64,000 nt of DNA from Owenweeksia hongkongensis DSM 17368 (GCA_945865885.1 CAMBEZ010000004.1:22337-86336), one strand, 5' to 3'. Counted from the stretch's first letter, positions 1-9,676 are shown. Notes: generated by a model not told the origin, from the letters alone. Program-made: numbers and translations.

Positions 1-1
1 C

Positions 2-376
2 AACATGAACTCCATCGTGTGCACCGACGCCGCAATGGAGCAGCAGTACAAAGACAAGTTGGTGGGCCACCTGAAGAGCGCCGATTTCTTTGACGCCGCT
101 ACCTACGCAACGGCTTCCTTCGACGTGACCAAGTACGAAGCAGGTACCTTGTTTGGCAACCTGACCATCAAGGACAGCGCGGTTGCCGTATCGTTTCCTG
201 CAACCTTAGTGGTAGCAGACTCGACCGTAACCTTGAGTGCTCCTGAATTCAAGATTGACCGCAAGAAGTGGGGCGTTTCTTTTGGCTCTACCGGCATCGT
301 TGGCTTGGCCAAAGACCAGTTGATCAACGACGAAATCGCATTGTCGTTTGAGGTGAAGGCCAACCGCGCCAAGTAA
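2..376 (+). CDS. YceI family protein, C-terminal part (5' end lies outside the window)
   Basis: The frame is open to the window edge. GNLTIKDSAVAVSFPATL...FKIDRKKWGVSF...ALSFEVKA fits the YceI-like beta-barrel pattern. A strong hairpin follows. Confidence 0.7.
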   Translation, partial: NMNSIVCTDAAMEQQYKDKLVGHLKSADFFDAATYATASFDVTKYEAGTLFGNLTIKDSAVAVSFPATLVVADSTVTLSAPEFKIDRKKWGVSFGSTGIVGLAKDQLINDEIALSFEVKANRAK

Positions 377-434
377 TCCCACCACCGTCCTGTGGGCTCG
401 CGCACAGTGAGCCGGGTGAGGAAATCAGAAATCC

Positions 435-478
435 AAAAAAAGGGGCGGTCTCGTGCAACGAGGCCGCCCCTTACTTTT
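435..478. terminator. Bidirectional rho-independent terminator between convergent genes
   Basis: 13-bp stem AGGGGCGGTCTCG/CGAGGCCGCCCCT (441-453/459-471), with an A-run 5' and a T-rich tract 3'. Confidence 0.7.
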
Positions 479-538
479 CTAGCACCGTGCAAAAAAAGCG
501 CCCCGCCGCTGCGGGCGCACGCGCCGGATAATAGGGCG

Positions 539-1450
539 TTACGCTTTTACAACCGAAGCCAAAGCTGCCTCCAAATCGGTGTATCGATGCACAAATCCGG
601 TTGCACAAAGCTTTTCCGACGATGCCGGCGTGCTGCCCAAAACCAGGACGGAGCGATCGCCCAAGATCAGACGCAGTAAAAACGCGGGCGGAGCAGGTGC
701 CCAAAACGGTTTGTTAAGCACTCGGGCCAGTACGGCACTGAAATCGCGGTTGGTGGCGGTCGCAACCCCTACGGCGTTGTACACGCCGTCCATGGTTTCC
801 CGTTGCGATGCGTGCACAAAGGCAGCGCCCAGATCCTCCACGTGAATCCAGGGCATCCACTGTTTGCCGTATCCCAACGCAGAACCCAGTCCCGCCCGGA
901 ACAGCGGCAGCATGGCGCTCAGCGCCCCGCCTTGGCCCAGCACAATGCCAATACGCAGTTGAACCGTGCGAATGCCCAAACTGCGAAATTCATCCGTTGC
1001 CAACTCCCATTGGCGAACCACATCTGCCAGGAACCCCGTACCGTGTCCGTCGTTTTCCGTGAGCAGGGGAGTGCCCGCCGCTTGGTCCGGGTAAATGCCC
1101 ACCGCTGAAGCGCAAACAACGGTGTGCGGGCGCTCGGCAGCCGGAAGGGCGCGCAAACGGTCCACCAATAAATCCGTCCCTTTTTGGCGGCTTGTGAGAA
1201 TTTCCCGACGGTGTTTGGCGGTCCATTTCTCGGAGACCGAGGCTCCGGCCAGGTGGTGTACCACGGAAACACCGCTCAGAACCGCGAGATCCAGCACACC
1301 GGTATCCGGACTCCAGAAGTGGGTGTTGGGGTCCGGGGATATCCCGGCGCGGGTTGTTAGGGTGCGGACTTCGTGGCCTGCTGCTCGCAACTGTGCTGCA
1401 AGTTCGGTCCCCACCAGTCCGGAGGCGCCGGTGACCAAATGAATTGACAT
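539..1450 (-). CDS. TIGR01777/YfcH-type NAD-dependent epimerase family protein (SDR fold with DUF1731-like C-terminus)
   Basis: The Rossmann motif VTGASGLVG sits directly after the ATG at 1450. WIHVEDL and a C-terminal GFVHRY-type tail are present. I rejected the longer ORF to 1594 as a 5' extension. Confidence 0.8.
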   Translation of the reverse strand: MSIHLVTGASGLVGTELAAQLRAAGHEVRTLTTRAGISPDPNTHFWSPDTGVLDLAVLSGVSVVHHLAGASVSEKWTAKHRREILTSRQKGTDLLVDRLRALPAAERPHTVVCASAVGIYPDQAAGTPLLTENDGHGTGFLADVVRQWELATDEFRSLGIRTVQLRIGIVLGQGGALSAMLPLFRAGLGSALGYGKQWMPWIHVEDLGAAFVHASQRETMDGVYNAVGVATATNRDFSAVLARVLNKPFWAPAPPAFLLRLILGDRSVLVLGSTPASSEKLCATGFVHRYTDLEAALASVVKA

Positions 1451-1556
1451 GTTGTGGGTGTGTATTACCCTGGGAAAACAAAAGGCGAGTACAAAAGTTC
1501 CCGCAAAGGGTTCTTGAAGGGCAGATGGATCTGGAAATTTGTCCGAAAAACAGGGA

Positions 1557-2600
1557 TCAGATGCGCACCATCCAGCCGTGCACGTCTTCCGCACGACCGT
1601 GGCGAATGTCTGCCAAGGTCTTCTTCACGCGTTGGGCCACTCCGTCTTGAGGTGCCGGTACGTCCATCATCTTGCCTTGGTAGCCAATGCCGTCGATGGG
1701 ACTCACCACGGCCGCGGTACCCATGCCAAAAGCCTCTTGCAAGGTGCCTTTTGACGCGTGCTCCTGCAACTCGTGCACGGAAACTTTGCGCTCCTCAACC
1801 GGCATGCCCCACGACCGGGCTAACGTCAAGATGGAATCGCGTGTGATGCCCGCTAAAATGCGGTCCGTCAGGGCAGGAGTTACCAATACACCGTCCAAAA
1901 CAAACGCCACATTCATGGTTCCCGCTTCCTCCAAGTAGGCGTGCTCCACGTGGTCCGTCCACAGAACTTGGTTGAAGCCCTCCTTCTGGGCCTGTGCCGT
2001 AGCGTAGAAAGCCCCTCCGTAGTTGCCCGCGGCTTTGGTGTAGCCCACGCCGCCGGAGGCTGCACGGGTGTAGTGGTCTTCGATTTTAACCTTAACCGGT
2101 TGCGCGTAATAAGCCCCCACAGGTCCGGTCAAAATCGCAAAAGTGTATTCTTCGGACGGTCGGGCGGTGATGAATTCCGAAGAACCGAACAGGAACGGAC
2201 GGATGTACAAACTCATGTCCTCGCCGGTGGGCACCCATGCCTCGTCCACGCGGAGCAGTTCCAACAGGCCTTCCATGAAGATTTCCTTGGAAATTTCAGG
2301 GATGAGGAGGCGCGAACCGGACCGACTCAACCGAGCCCAGTTGGCGTCCGGACGAAACACGGCCACGTGACCGTCGTCTTGGCGGTACGCCTTCATGCCT
2401 TCAAATACGGCCTGGCCGTAGTGCAAAGCGTGCAGGCCCAAACCGTGGTGCATGGCACCGTACGGCTTGATCCGCCCTTCGCCCCAAGAATCGTTGCTAA
2501 AAACGACATCAAAGGTGTGGTCTGAAATGTGTTGACCAAAGCCAATATTCTGAAAATCAATAGTATTGATTCTGGATTCTGCGGCGCGCTGGATGTTCAT
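1557..2600 (-). CDS. ilvE: Branched-chain amino acid aminotransferase
   Basis: Full-length class IV aminotransferase pattern: HYGQAVFEGMKAY, IRPFLFG, YTKAAGNYG, EEAGTMNVAF, GITRDS, GMGTAAVV. Start taken at MNIQ (ATG at 2600). Confidence 0.85.
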   Translation of the reverse strand: MNIQRAAESRINTIDFQNIGFGQHISDHTFDVVFSNDSWGEGRIKPYGAMHHGLGLHALHYGQAVFEGMKAYRQDDGHVAVFRPDANWARLSRSGSRLLIPEISKEIFMEGLLELLRVDEAWVPTGEDMSLYIRPFLFGSSEFITARPSEEYTFAILTGPVGAYYAQPVKVKIEDHYTRAASGGVGYTKAAGNYGGAFYATAQAQKEGFNQVLWTDHVEHAYLEEAGTMNVAFVLDGVLVTPALTDRILAGITRDSILTLARSWGMPVEERKVSVHELQEHASKGTLQEAFGMGTAAVVSPIDGIGYQGKMMDVPAPQDGVAQRVKKTLADIRHGRAEDVHGWMVRI

Positions 2601-2686
2601 GGTTCCTTGTTCTAAGCGTATGCGGGGTTCTGAGCCTCCCCAAGAAGGCAAAGGTACTTCATACGGAACTTTTGTATCTTTACTGC

Positions 2687-3178
2687 ATGAAAAAATCCCT
2701 TCTTTTCGCGGGCGCAGCTATGGTGCTGTTACTGGCCTGCCAGCCCTCGGGCGATGCTGCTGACAACCGTTCGTTCGCCTATTTTGGGGACACCATTGAA
2801 ACAGCGGGAGCATTGGCTCCAGAGGCGTTGCTGGAACAGTTGAAGACATCGGACTCTGTTGCGGCCACCGTTGAGGCGACCATCGACGGCGTTTGCCAAT
2901 CAAAGGGTTGCTGGATGGATTTAAACATGGGCAACGGACAGACGATGACCGTCCGCTTCAAAGACTACGCATTCTTCGTTCCCATGGACGCTACGGGTAA
3001 AAAAGCAGTGGTCGCTGGCTACGTGAAAGTGGATACCCTGAGTGTGGATTGGTTGAAACACAAAGCATCCGATGCGGGTAAATCGCAGGCCCACATCGAC
3101 AGCATTACCGAGCCGCGCGTGGAGTACAGTTTCTTGGCCAATGGCGTAGCTATTGAAGCCAAAGCAGCCCAAAAATGA
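2687..3178 (+). CDS. DUF4920-like lipoprotein
   Basis: Lipoprotein signal MKKSLLFAGAAMVLLLAC. The CQSKGCWMDL...VRFKDYAFFVP motif is typical of DUF4920. Its stop overlaps the next start (ATGA). Confidence 0.6.
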   Translation: MKKSLLFAGAAMVLLLACQPSGDAADNRSFAYFGDTIETAGALAPEALLEQLKTSDSVAATVEATIDGVCQSKGCWMDLNMGNGQTMTVRFKDYAFFVPMDATGKKAVVAGYVKVDTLSVDWLKHKASDAGKSQAHIDSITEPRVEYSFLANGVAIEAKAAQK

Positions 3179-3681
3179 GTCCACGCAAGATTGCGAGCCT
3201 AGCAGCATTGGGCCTTTTTGGTTTGTTGGCCGCCTGTTCCAACGAGGCGGACCAAGCCAAGCAGGAAGCCGTATCCGCAACCGAGGCCGGTACGATGTAC
3301 CAAGCCAGTGAATTAGCGGCGCTGATGCGGGCCATGGCCTCCGGTCACGAAGCCAACAAGGCCAAATTTGCCGCCGGCGAATGGGACGCAGACGTACTGC
3401 GCAATTGGCGCGAAGTACACGCCAACATGCAGTCTGTGCAAGCCACCAAACCCAACGAGATAGGGGAGGTGTTTCGCGAAAAATCCTCCGAGTATTTGGA
3501 GCGAATGGACGAGGTGATTGGCCTGGTGGAAGCCAATGCGCCCCAAGCAGAAAAGCGCGATGCCTACAATTCCTTGATTGAAACCTGCGTGGCTTGCCAC
3601 CAGCAGCACTGCCAGGGCCCCATTCCGCGCATTCAAAAAATGAAGTTGCCCGCCGATGCCGCTACTGGAAACGAAGGATAA
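3175..3681 (+). CDS. Lipoprotein with a single CxxCH haem-binding motif (putative small c-type cytochrome)
   Basis: Signal LGLFGLLAAC and one CVACH motif near the C-terminus. No other recognisable domain. Confidence 0.5.
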   Translation: MSPRKIASLAALGLFGLLAACSNEADQAKQEAVSATEAGTMYQASELAALMRAMASGHEANKAKFAAGEWDADVLRNWREVHANMQSVQATKPNEIGEVFREKSSEYLERMDEVIGLVEANAPQAEKRDAYNSLIETCVACHQQHCQGPIPRIQKMKLPADAATGNEG

Positions 3682-4807
3682 TTCGTTTTCGTGGATCGAT
3701 GAGCGCTTCGGAGTTCCTTACCACAGCCGACGCGGCGCGTGGACCGAAAGCCACCACGTTTACCTAACGCGGGGCTGGGAAACCGCATGGACCGCCTACC
3801 AAGCGGAGCTGGATCCCCAGGATCCAGCTCCGTTTTTTGCTTTGGAACTTGGCTATGGCACCGGTTTGAATGCAGCCCTTGTGGCGCATTGGATGGAAGA
3901 AAATGCTCCGGAATCCCAGTATGTGTACCTCGCGCTGGAGAAGTATCCTCTGCGTCCGGACGAGGAATCGGCCTATTGGGACGCTTTGGTTTCTGTCCGC
4001 CCCGCCGCACTGCTCCTGCGCAATGCACTCCGCCGCGCCCAAGATTCCCACCGCATCCGCATCCTGCACGCCGACGCCTTGGACTGGTTTGCGTCCGACG
4101 AGGCCCAAAAATCCCCAAAATTCCATTTGTTTCTCTACGACGCATTTGCCCCCGCCTCGCAACCTGAGTTGTGGACGCCGTCCGTGTGGCAGCTAGTGTA
4201 CCAAAGAGCAGCACCCCGCGCGCTGTGGGTCTCGTACTGCGCCAAAAGCAGCGTAATTCAAGGCTTAAAGACCGCCGGTTGGCATCCGGAGCGGTTGCCC
4301 GGACCTCCCGGAAAAAGGCAAATGCTCCGAGCCTGGACCCCCGGTCCCGGTAGGCGTTGGGTGGAGCGCGTGTACGGATTGCTGCTGTGGGACGGGTGCG
4401 TTTTGGTTTCTCGGGAGCGATTTCGCGGACGCGAGTTGGTCAAATTCCCGGGGGGAGGAATGGAACCTGGAGAAGACGCCCCAACGGCCTTGAAGCGCGA
4501 GTGGATAGAAGAATTAAACTACCCCGTGACCGTTGGCTTGCGTTGGGGATCGGCACCGCATCCGGTTCCCAGCGCTTTCGATCCCGCGGCGGATGTTTTG
4601 GTTCACTTCTACACGGTGAAGCCTCAGAATCAGCGGTACTCAGATGTGCCCGTTCAACCCTGGGGTGCGCCCTTACCGGAGGGTGCTCACGATGTGGAAC
4701 AATGTTCGTGGGTGGCGTTGGACGCTCTAATTCCAGACGATTTTACGTTTGCCGCAGATCAAGCGGTTGCCCGCCAACTTAAATCCGGCTGGACCCCGGG
4801 GGGCTGA
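3656..4807 (+). CDS. Fusion protein: MnmC-methyltransferase-like (MnmD/DUF752) tRNA mnm5s2U34 methyltransferase domain plus C-terminal NUDIX hydrolase domain
   Basis: N-terminal part: YHSRRGAWTESHHVY, LELGYGTGLN, LYDAFAPASQPELWT, PGKRQMLRA (MnmC MTase pattern). C-terminal part: Nudix box GGGMEPGEDAPTALKREWIEELN (nt 4451-4522). One uninterrupted frame. Confidence 0.7.
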   Translation: MPLLETKDNSFSWIDERFGVPYHSRRGAWTESHHVYLTRGWETAWTAYQAELDPQDPAPFFALELGYGTGLNAALVAHWMEENAPESQYVYLALEKYPLRPDEESAYWDALVSVRPAALLLRNALRRAQDSHRIRILHADALDWFASDEAQKSPKFHLFLYDAFAPASQPELWTPSVWQLVYQRAAPRALWVSYCAKSSVIQGLKTAGWHPERLPGPPGKRQMLRAWTPGPGRRWVERVYGLLLWDGCVLVSRERFRGRELVKFPGGGMEPGEDAPTALKREWIEELNYPVTVGLRWGSAPHPVPSAFDPAADVLVHFYTVKPQNQRYSDVPVQPWGAPLPEGAHDVEQCSWVALDALIPDDFTFAADQAVARQLKSGWTPGG

Positions 4808-4851
4808 CCTCCTACGATTCAATTTAGCGCCCGGGAAGGGAACGAGGCGCC

Positions 4852-5343
4852 TCAGCGCACTTTGGCCAACCAACTGTTTTCAGGAAGCGCCCGCCGCGAA
4901 TCCAACCACGCACCCTTGGTGCTGGCCGTGGTGTCCGCCAAGAAGGTTTCTGCCGGCCACAGTTTATTTACCCACGCTTTTTTGGCACTCCATACGGACC
5001 ATTTCTCCCAACCGTTCGGCCCCACAACCCAAACGAAGAGTCGGTTCGTGAGGCTCAATTGGAGGCCCTGTTCCAGTTGCTGTATGGCGCGAAAAGACTT
5101 GTCTATGCTGCAGCCGGAGGCCGATGATTCGTGGGTATCTAGGGCAATAACCACAAAACGGTGATCAAACACGCTGGCTGCTGCGCGCAGGGCGGCACCG
5201 TGGGAGGTCCAGTCTGTGGTGAAGGCCTTGAGCTCGTTTTGTATTCGATCCACCTCCGCGTCCGTCAGGGCGCGGTCGGCAGCGTACACCCAAATTCGGG
5301 CGTCGTTCGACAAGGTGTCAAACGAGGTCGTTGGCACGTGCAA
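4852..5343 (-). CDS. Conserved hypothetical protein (Bacteroidota family, which I recall being annotated as 'ABC transporter ATPase' despite having no Walker motifs)
   Basis: ARIWVY...TDWTSHG...ASGCSIDKSFRAIQQLEQ pattern. It lies last in the amidase-mlaD-FeS-FeS gene string and overlaps the upstream gene by 26 nt. Confidence 0.6.
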   Translation of the reverse strand: MHVPTTSFDTLSNDARIWVYAADRALTDAEVDRIQNELKAFTTDWTSHGAALRAAASVFDHRFVVIALDTHESSASGCSIDKSFRAIQQLEQGLQLSLTNRLFVWVVGPNGWEKWSVWSAKKAWVNKLWPAETFLADTTASTKGAWLDSRRALPENSWLAKVR

Positions 5344-6112
5344 TCAATTCAGCGACGTCCAGAACCTCTACTTTTCCTTCCTGGTGGAAGTGTTTGGTTC
5401 CGTCGGTCAGCATGGTGTTGCAGAACGGGCAGCCGGTGGCGATGATGTCCGGTTGCAGCGCCAGGGCTTCTTCCGTTCGCGCCACATTGATGTCTTGGCG
5501 TCCGGGTTCTGGCTCCTTGAACATTTGCGCACCGCCGGCACCGCAGCACAGTCCGTTTTTCCGACTTCGCTTCATTTCCAGCATTTCACCCTCCAGCGCA
5601 GCAAGAACGGCCCGCGGAGCTTCGTATTCACCGTTCGCCCGACCCAAATAACAGGGGTCGTGGTACACGATTTTCTTGCCCTCAAATTTTCCACCCTCCA
5701 CGCGCAAGCGGCCGGATTGCAGCAGTTCTTGCAGGAATTGGGTGTGGTGCTTCACCGAATAGTGACCGCCGAGCGCCGGATACTCGTTTTTCAGGGTATT
5801 GAAGCAGTGGGGACATGCCGTGACCAACGATTGAATGCCGTAGGCGTTGAGCACTTCGATGTTTTGAAGCGCCTGCATCTGGAACAAGAATTCGTTGCCC
5901 GCGCGTTTGGCAGGATCCCCGGTGCACCCCTCTTCGGAGCCCAGGATGGCAAAGGACACACCGGACTTGTGCAGCAGGCGCGCAAAGGCCTTGGTGATTT
6001 TCTTGGCGCGGTCGTCAAAACTACCGGCGCATCCGGTCCAAAAGACCACTTCCGGCAGTTCGCCAGCAGCCGCAAACTCCGCGACAGTTCGAATGGTTAA
6101 GGTATCCCCCAT
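5318..6112 (-). CDS. (Fe-S)-binding protein with two cysteine-rich CCG domains (HdrD/GlpC C-terminal-like)
   Basis: Cysteine motifs TGCAGSFD, ACPHCFNT, HDPCYLGR, LCCGAGG, GCPFCNT. Confidence 0.8.
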   Translation of the reverse strand: MGDTLTIRTVAEFAAAGELPEVVFWTGCAGSFDDRAKKITKAFARLLHKSGVSFAILGSEEGCTGDPAKRAGNEFLFQMQALQNIEVLNAYGIQSLVTACPHCFNTLKNEYPALGGHYSVKHHTQFLQELLQSGRLRVEGGKFEGKKIVYHDPCYLGRANGEYEAPRAVLAALEGEMLEMKRSRKNGLCCGAGGAQMFKEPEPGRQDINVARTEEALALQPDIIATGCPFCNTMLTDGTKHFHQEGKVEVLDVAELIARANDLV

Positions 6113-6113
6113 G

Positions 6114-7373
6114 TCAGTTCAGTTCTTGCGCCCAGCGGCCCTTGTCTGCTTGTGCAAACGGCCACGGTGCTCCGTTGTTTTCCAAATTGGTCATCATGGC
6201 GTTCAAACCGTGCGGAGCTCCGGATTCTTCCATAACGATGTACTGCCGCATTTGCACAATGATGTCCAAGGGGTCAATGCCAATGGGGCAGGCCTCTGTG
6301 CAAGCGTTGCACGTGGTGCAGGCCCACAATTCTTCGCGGGAAATGCCGTGGTCCAGGAGGGATAAACCGTCTTCCGGGTGGTAGCTTTCCAACCGATCCC
6401 GGGTGGCCATCATGATGCGTCTGGGGCTGAGTTTTTTGCCCGTTTGGTTGGCGGGACAAGCCTCTGTGCACCGACCGCATTCCGTACACGTAAAGGCGTT
6501 CAACAGGTTCACCCAGTGTAAATCTACCACGTCCTTGGCCCCAAAACGCGCGGGAGCGTCACCAGCCGGTGGTGCGTAGGAAGGATCCAGCATGGCCTTG
6601 ACCTCGTGTGTGACGCTGGGCATGGAGTCCAGTTGTCCCTTGGGGGTTAATTTGCTGTAGTAGGTGTTGGGGAACGCCAGAACGATGTGGAAGTGCTTGG
6701 AGTAGGGGAGGTAGTTCAAAAAGGCCAAAATCCCAATCCAGTGAAACCACCAGGCACCCGTAACCACAGCATGCAGTGAAGATTCGGAAAGGCCGGACAA
6801 CAAAGGCACCAGGAACCCAGAGATGACGTAGGTAGTGCCTCCGGGCAAGGCCGCTTCGGCGGCGTTCATGAGCAGCAACGCGCCCATCAAGACGACCTCA
6901 ACCACCAAAATGGTGGTGGCGTCTTTTTGTGGAAATCCCGCTAGGTCTGGGTGCTGCAAACGCGGCACGCGCGAAACGAACCGTCGGGTTAAAAAGACCA
7001 CACAGGCAGCCAGCACCAAAAACGCCAAAACCTCAAAGAAATGGAGGGCGGCCGTGTAAACGGAACCCAGGTAAGGTTGGAAGAATCGGTGCGTACCGGC
7101 AATGCCGTCCACCAGCATTTCCAACACTTCAATGTTGATCAAAACAAAGCCAACGTACACCAAAAGGTGCAAGAGGGCCGGCAAGGGTTTGGCGCCCATT
7201 TTGCTTTGGCCCAAGGCCACGCGCGCCATGGTGGCCCACCGTTCACCGCTGCGGTCCTGCCGATCCACCGGTTGCCCCAGGTTGATTTTGGCGCGAATGA
7301 GGCGCAACTTACGCGCGAAAGCCCAACCGGCAGAGCCCGTAACGGCCAAGAAAAGAAGTGTAGAAATACCCAT
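6114..7373 (-). CDS. Membrane-anchored (Fe-S)-binding protein with two 4Fe-4S ferredoxin motifs
   Basis: Multiple N-terminal hydrophobic helices, then CTECGRCTEACP and CTTCNACTEACP. Confidence 0.8.
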   Translation of the reverse strand: MGISTLLFLAVTGSAGWAFARKLRLIRAKINLGQPVDRQDRSGERWATMARVALGQSKMGAKPLPALLHLLVYVGFVLINIEVLEMLVDGIAGTHRFFQPYLGSVYTAALHFFEVLAFLVLAACVVFLTRRFVSRVPRLQHPDLAGFPQKDATTILVVEVVLMGALLLMNAAEAALPGGTTYVISGFLVPLLSGLSESSLHAVVTGAWWFHWIGILAFLNYLPYSKHFHIVLAFPNTYYSKLTPKGQLDSMPSVTHEVKAMLDPSYAPPAGDAPARFGAKDVVDLHWVNLLNAFTCTECGRCTEACPANQTGKKLSPRRIMMATRDRLESYHPEDGLSLLDHGISREELWACTTCNACTEACPIGIDPLDIIVQMRQYIVMEESGAPHGLNAMMTNLENNGAPWPFAQADKGRWAQELN

Positions 7374-8356
7374 TATTCTTCAGATTTTTCGTCGGCGTTG
7401 CGTTTTCCAAAGGGCGCAAGATAACGACGCGGGTGGGCTCGGAAGTCCGTGAGTAGTTTTTCCAACGAAACGAGGGCTCCGTCCACATCGCGGTACAGTT
7501 TTTCATCGTGCACCAACAAACCCAAAGTTCCTTTGCCGGCGGCAATTTTATCCGTGATGACGGCCAAGTGCGCGCTGGTCTGCTCCAGCTGAGCGAGTGT
7601 TTGGGTCAAGTTGGCAGCAGCCAGGGTATCTGTAATGGCTGCAGCGTTGGACAAAGCCCGATCCAGTTCGCCCGAATTAGCGGCCAAGGTTTGACCCAGT
7701 TTGTCCAGGTTGGTGAACAGTCGGTCCAGCTTGGCGCGGTTGTCCGCCAACAGTCCGTCGGTATTTTTTGTGATGCCCTCCAGGTGATCCAAACTATTCT
7801 CTAAGCTCACCACGGATGTGCGGAAAGCGCGTTCGGTTTTGGGATCCAGGAATCCGGTAAGCACTTGGATGGCTGTGTCCAAAGAGCCCATCAACTTTTC
7901 GGCTTTCAGTTTGATGGGGGCCACCTCGTGGTTGATGGTTTCGGTAATGGAAACTTCAATATCTCCAATCAGTGTATCTCCGCTTTCCGCACTTTGGGAG
8001 GAATTGCCCAGCAGGAGGACCATCATTTTCTCGCCCAGCAAACCGTCGGAGGAGATGCGCGCCACGGTATTGGTGGGCACGGGGTAATCATTGGAAATCA
8101 CTATTTTGGCAATCAGCCGGCCGCTGAGGTCCGGATGAAAGTACAAATCACCCACTTGGCCCACTTGAAAACCGTTGATGGTGACCGGGTTGGCCTTCAT
8201 CAGTCCCTGGGCGTTGTTGTACACGGCGTAAAAGATCCGTTCGGATTTGAAGACATCGTTGCCTTTCAAGAACGAGATGCCCCAGTAGAGGCCGGCCACG
8301 GAAACCACGACCAACGCGCCGGCAACAAATTCTTTGGAGGGACGAATTTTGAACAT
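7373..8356 (-). CDS. MlaD/MCE family protein
   Basis: An N-terminal TM segment followed by an MCE domain (VYNNAQGLMKANPVTINGFQVGQV). Long coiled-coil-like C-terminus. Confidence 0.75.
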   Translation of the reverse strand: MFKIRPSKEFVAGALVVVSVAGLYWGISFLKGNDVFKSERIFYAVYNNAQGLMKANPVTINGFQVGQVGDLYFHPDLSGRLIAKIVISNDYPVPTNTVARISSDGLLGEKMMVLLLGNSSQSAESGDTLIGDIEVSITETINHEVAPIKLKAEKLMGSLDTAIQVLTGFLDPKTERAFRTSVVSLENSLDHLEGITKNTDGLLADNRAKLDRLFTNLDKLGQTLAANSGELDRALSNAAAITDTLAAANLTQTLAQLEQTSAHLAVITDKIAAGKGTLGLLVHDEKLYRDVDGALVSLEKLLTDFRAHPRRYLAPFGKRNADEKSEE

Positions 8357-8365
8357 GGCTGAGGT

Positions 8366-9655
8366 TTAGGGAGTGGTTTGAGCGCGCGCTTCGGCAACAG
8401 AAATTTTAAGGGTCCCGCGAAATGCCACCAAAAAAGCATCTGGGAAACCGTTTTTCTTGGCAACGGCCAGGAGTTGGAGTGCTTCCGCGTCGGTGGTAAA
8501 TCCTTTGGAGTAGAACTTGTACAGCTTTCCTTCCATAACGCGATGCACCGGTTGTACGGCTGCAAATAAGAGATCGGTCTCTGACTTGGCGGTTCCGGAG
8601 GTGGACAATTGCACCCGGAAGACCACCGCCGGCTTGTCTGCCTCAACGAGCCCGGGGACGGGTTCTGCAGGTGCCAAGGTCTTTGCAGGCACGGTTCCCG
8701 GCGAGGTTGGTACCGCGGGCTCGGGCACGGAAACCTCCGATACCGGAACGGTTGACGTTGGTTTTGCGGTCAACGGATAAGGGAGGGCGGGGACTTCCCC
8801 GGACGCGGTTGTGGTGCCCGGTTTTGGGAGTTGGGACTCCAACAGGGACTGAGTCGGTACGGCAACTCCTTCGCGACGCGCCTTGTACTGGGCAAACGCT
8901 CGGTAAATTCCTTCTGCCATGGTGTGTTGACCGTCGGCACTCATCAAAAAATCTTCTTCCACATTGTTGGTGGTGAAACCCAATTCAATCAAGGCCGACG
9001 GCATGGACGTGCGGCTGGTGACGTACAGCGGCTGTTGGCGCACGCCGCGGTCCTTCCGGCCGATGACGGTGCGGAAGTCGTCTTGCACCGTTTGGGCGAA
9101 CTGGATACTTTGCGCCTGATAAGCGCGTTGAAAGAGTGTGAGTGCAATATACGTTTCCGGCTTGCGGGGGTCAAATCCCTCGTACTTATCTTCAAAATTA
9201 TCCTCCATGAGAATCACGGAATTCTCGCGCAGGGCCACTTGGTTTTCGTCGTCGTGGTCTTTACCCATTACGTAAGTCGACGCCCCATAAGCGGCATGAT
9301 TTTCCGCAGCATCGCAGTGGATGGAGATGAAAAGATCTCCCTTTTCCCGATTGGCAATGGCGGTACGCTCGTAGAGCTCCAAAAAACGATCGTCGGACCG
9401 GGTCCAGACAACTTCCACACCGGGAAGACGCTGCTGAATCAACTGACCGACTTGCCGCGCTACGATCAGCGCCACGTCTTTTTCTTTTCTGCTGTAGCGC
9501 CCGGTTCCCAAGTTTCCGGGGTCTTTTCCGCCGTGTCCGGCATCAATAATAACGCGGTCCACCAGGTTGTCTGTAGCAACGGGCGGACGAAAACCGGCGA
9601 GGGGCAGAAAAAAGGCGAGGCTCGTCACCGCCGCCATGCGGACAAAGCCTTTCAT
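8366..9655 (-). CDS. N-acetylmuramoyl-L-alanine amidase (Amidase_3) with C-terminal SPOR-like domain
   Basis: VIIDAGHGGKDPG, FISIHCDA, a Pro/Thr-rich linker, and a C-terminal VVFRVQL...YKFYSKGF...FPDAFLVAF segment. Confidence 0.85.
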   Translation of the reverse strand: MKGFVRMAAVTSLAFFLPLAGFRPPVATDNLVDRVIIDAGHGGKDPGNLGTGRYSRKEKDVALIVARQVGQLIQQRLPGVEVVWTRSDDRFLELYERTAIANREKGDLFISIHCDAAENHAAYGASTYVMGKDHDDENQVALRENSVILMEDNFEDKYEGFDPRKPETYIALTLFQRAYQAQSIQFAQTVQDDFRTVIGRKDRGVRQQPLYVTSRTSMPSALIELGFTTNNVEEDFLMSADGQHTMAEGIYRAFAQYKARREGVAVPTQSLLESQLPKPGTTTASGEVPALPYPLTAKPTSTVPVSEVSVPEPAVPTSPGTVPAKTLAPAEPVPGLVEADKPAVVFRVQLSTSGTAKSETDLLFAAVQPVHRVMEGKLYKFYSKGFTTDAEALQLLAVAKKNGFPDAFLVAFRGTLKISVAEARAQTTP

Positions 9656-9676
9656 TTTTGGTACTTTTGACGGTTC

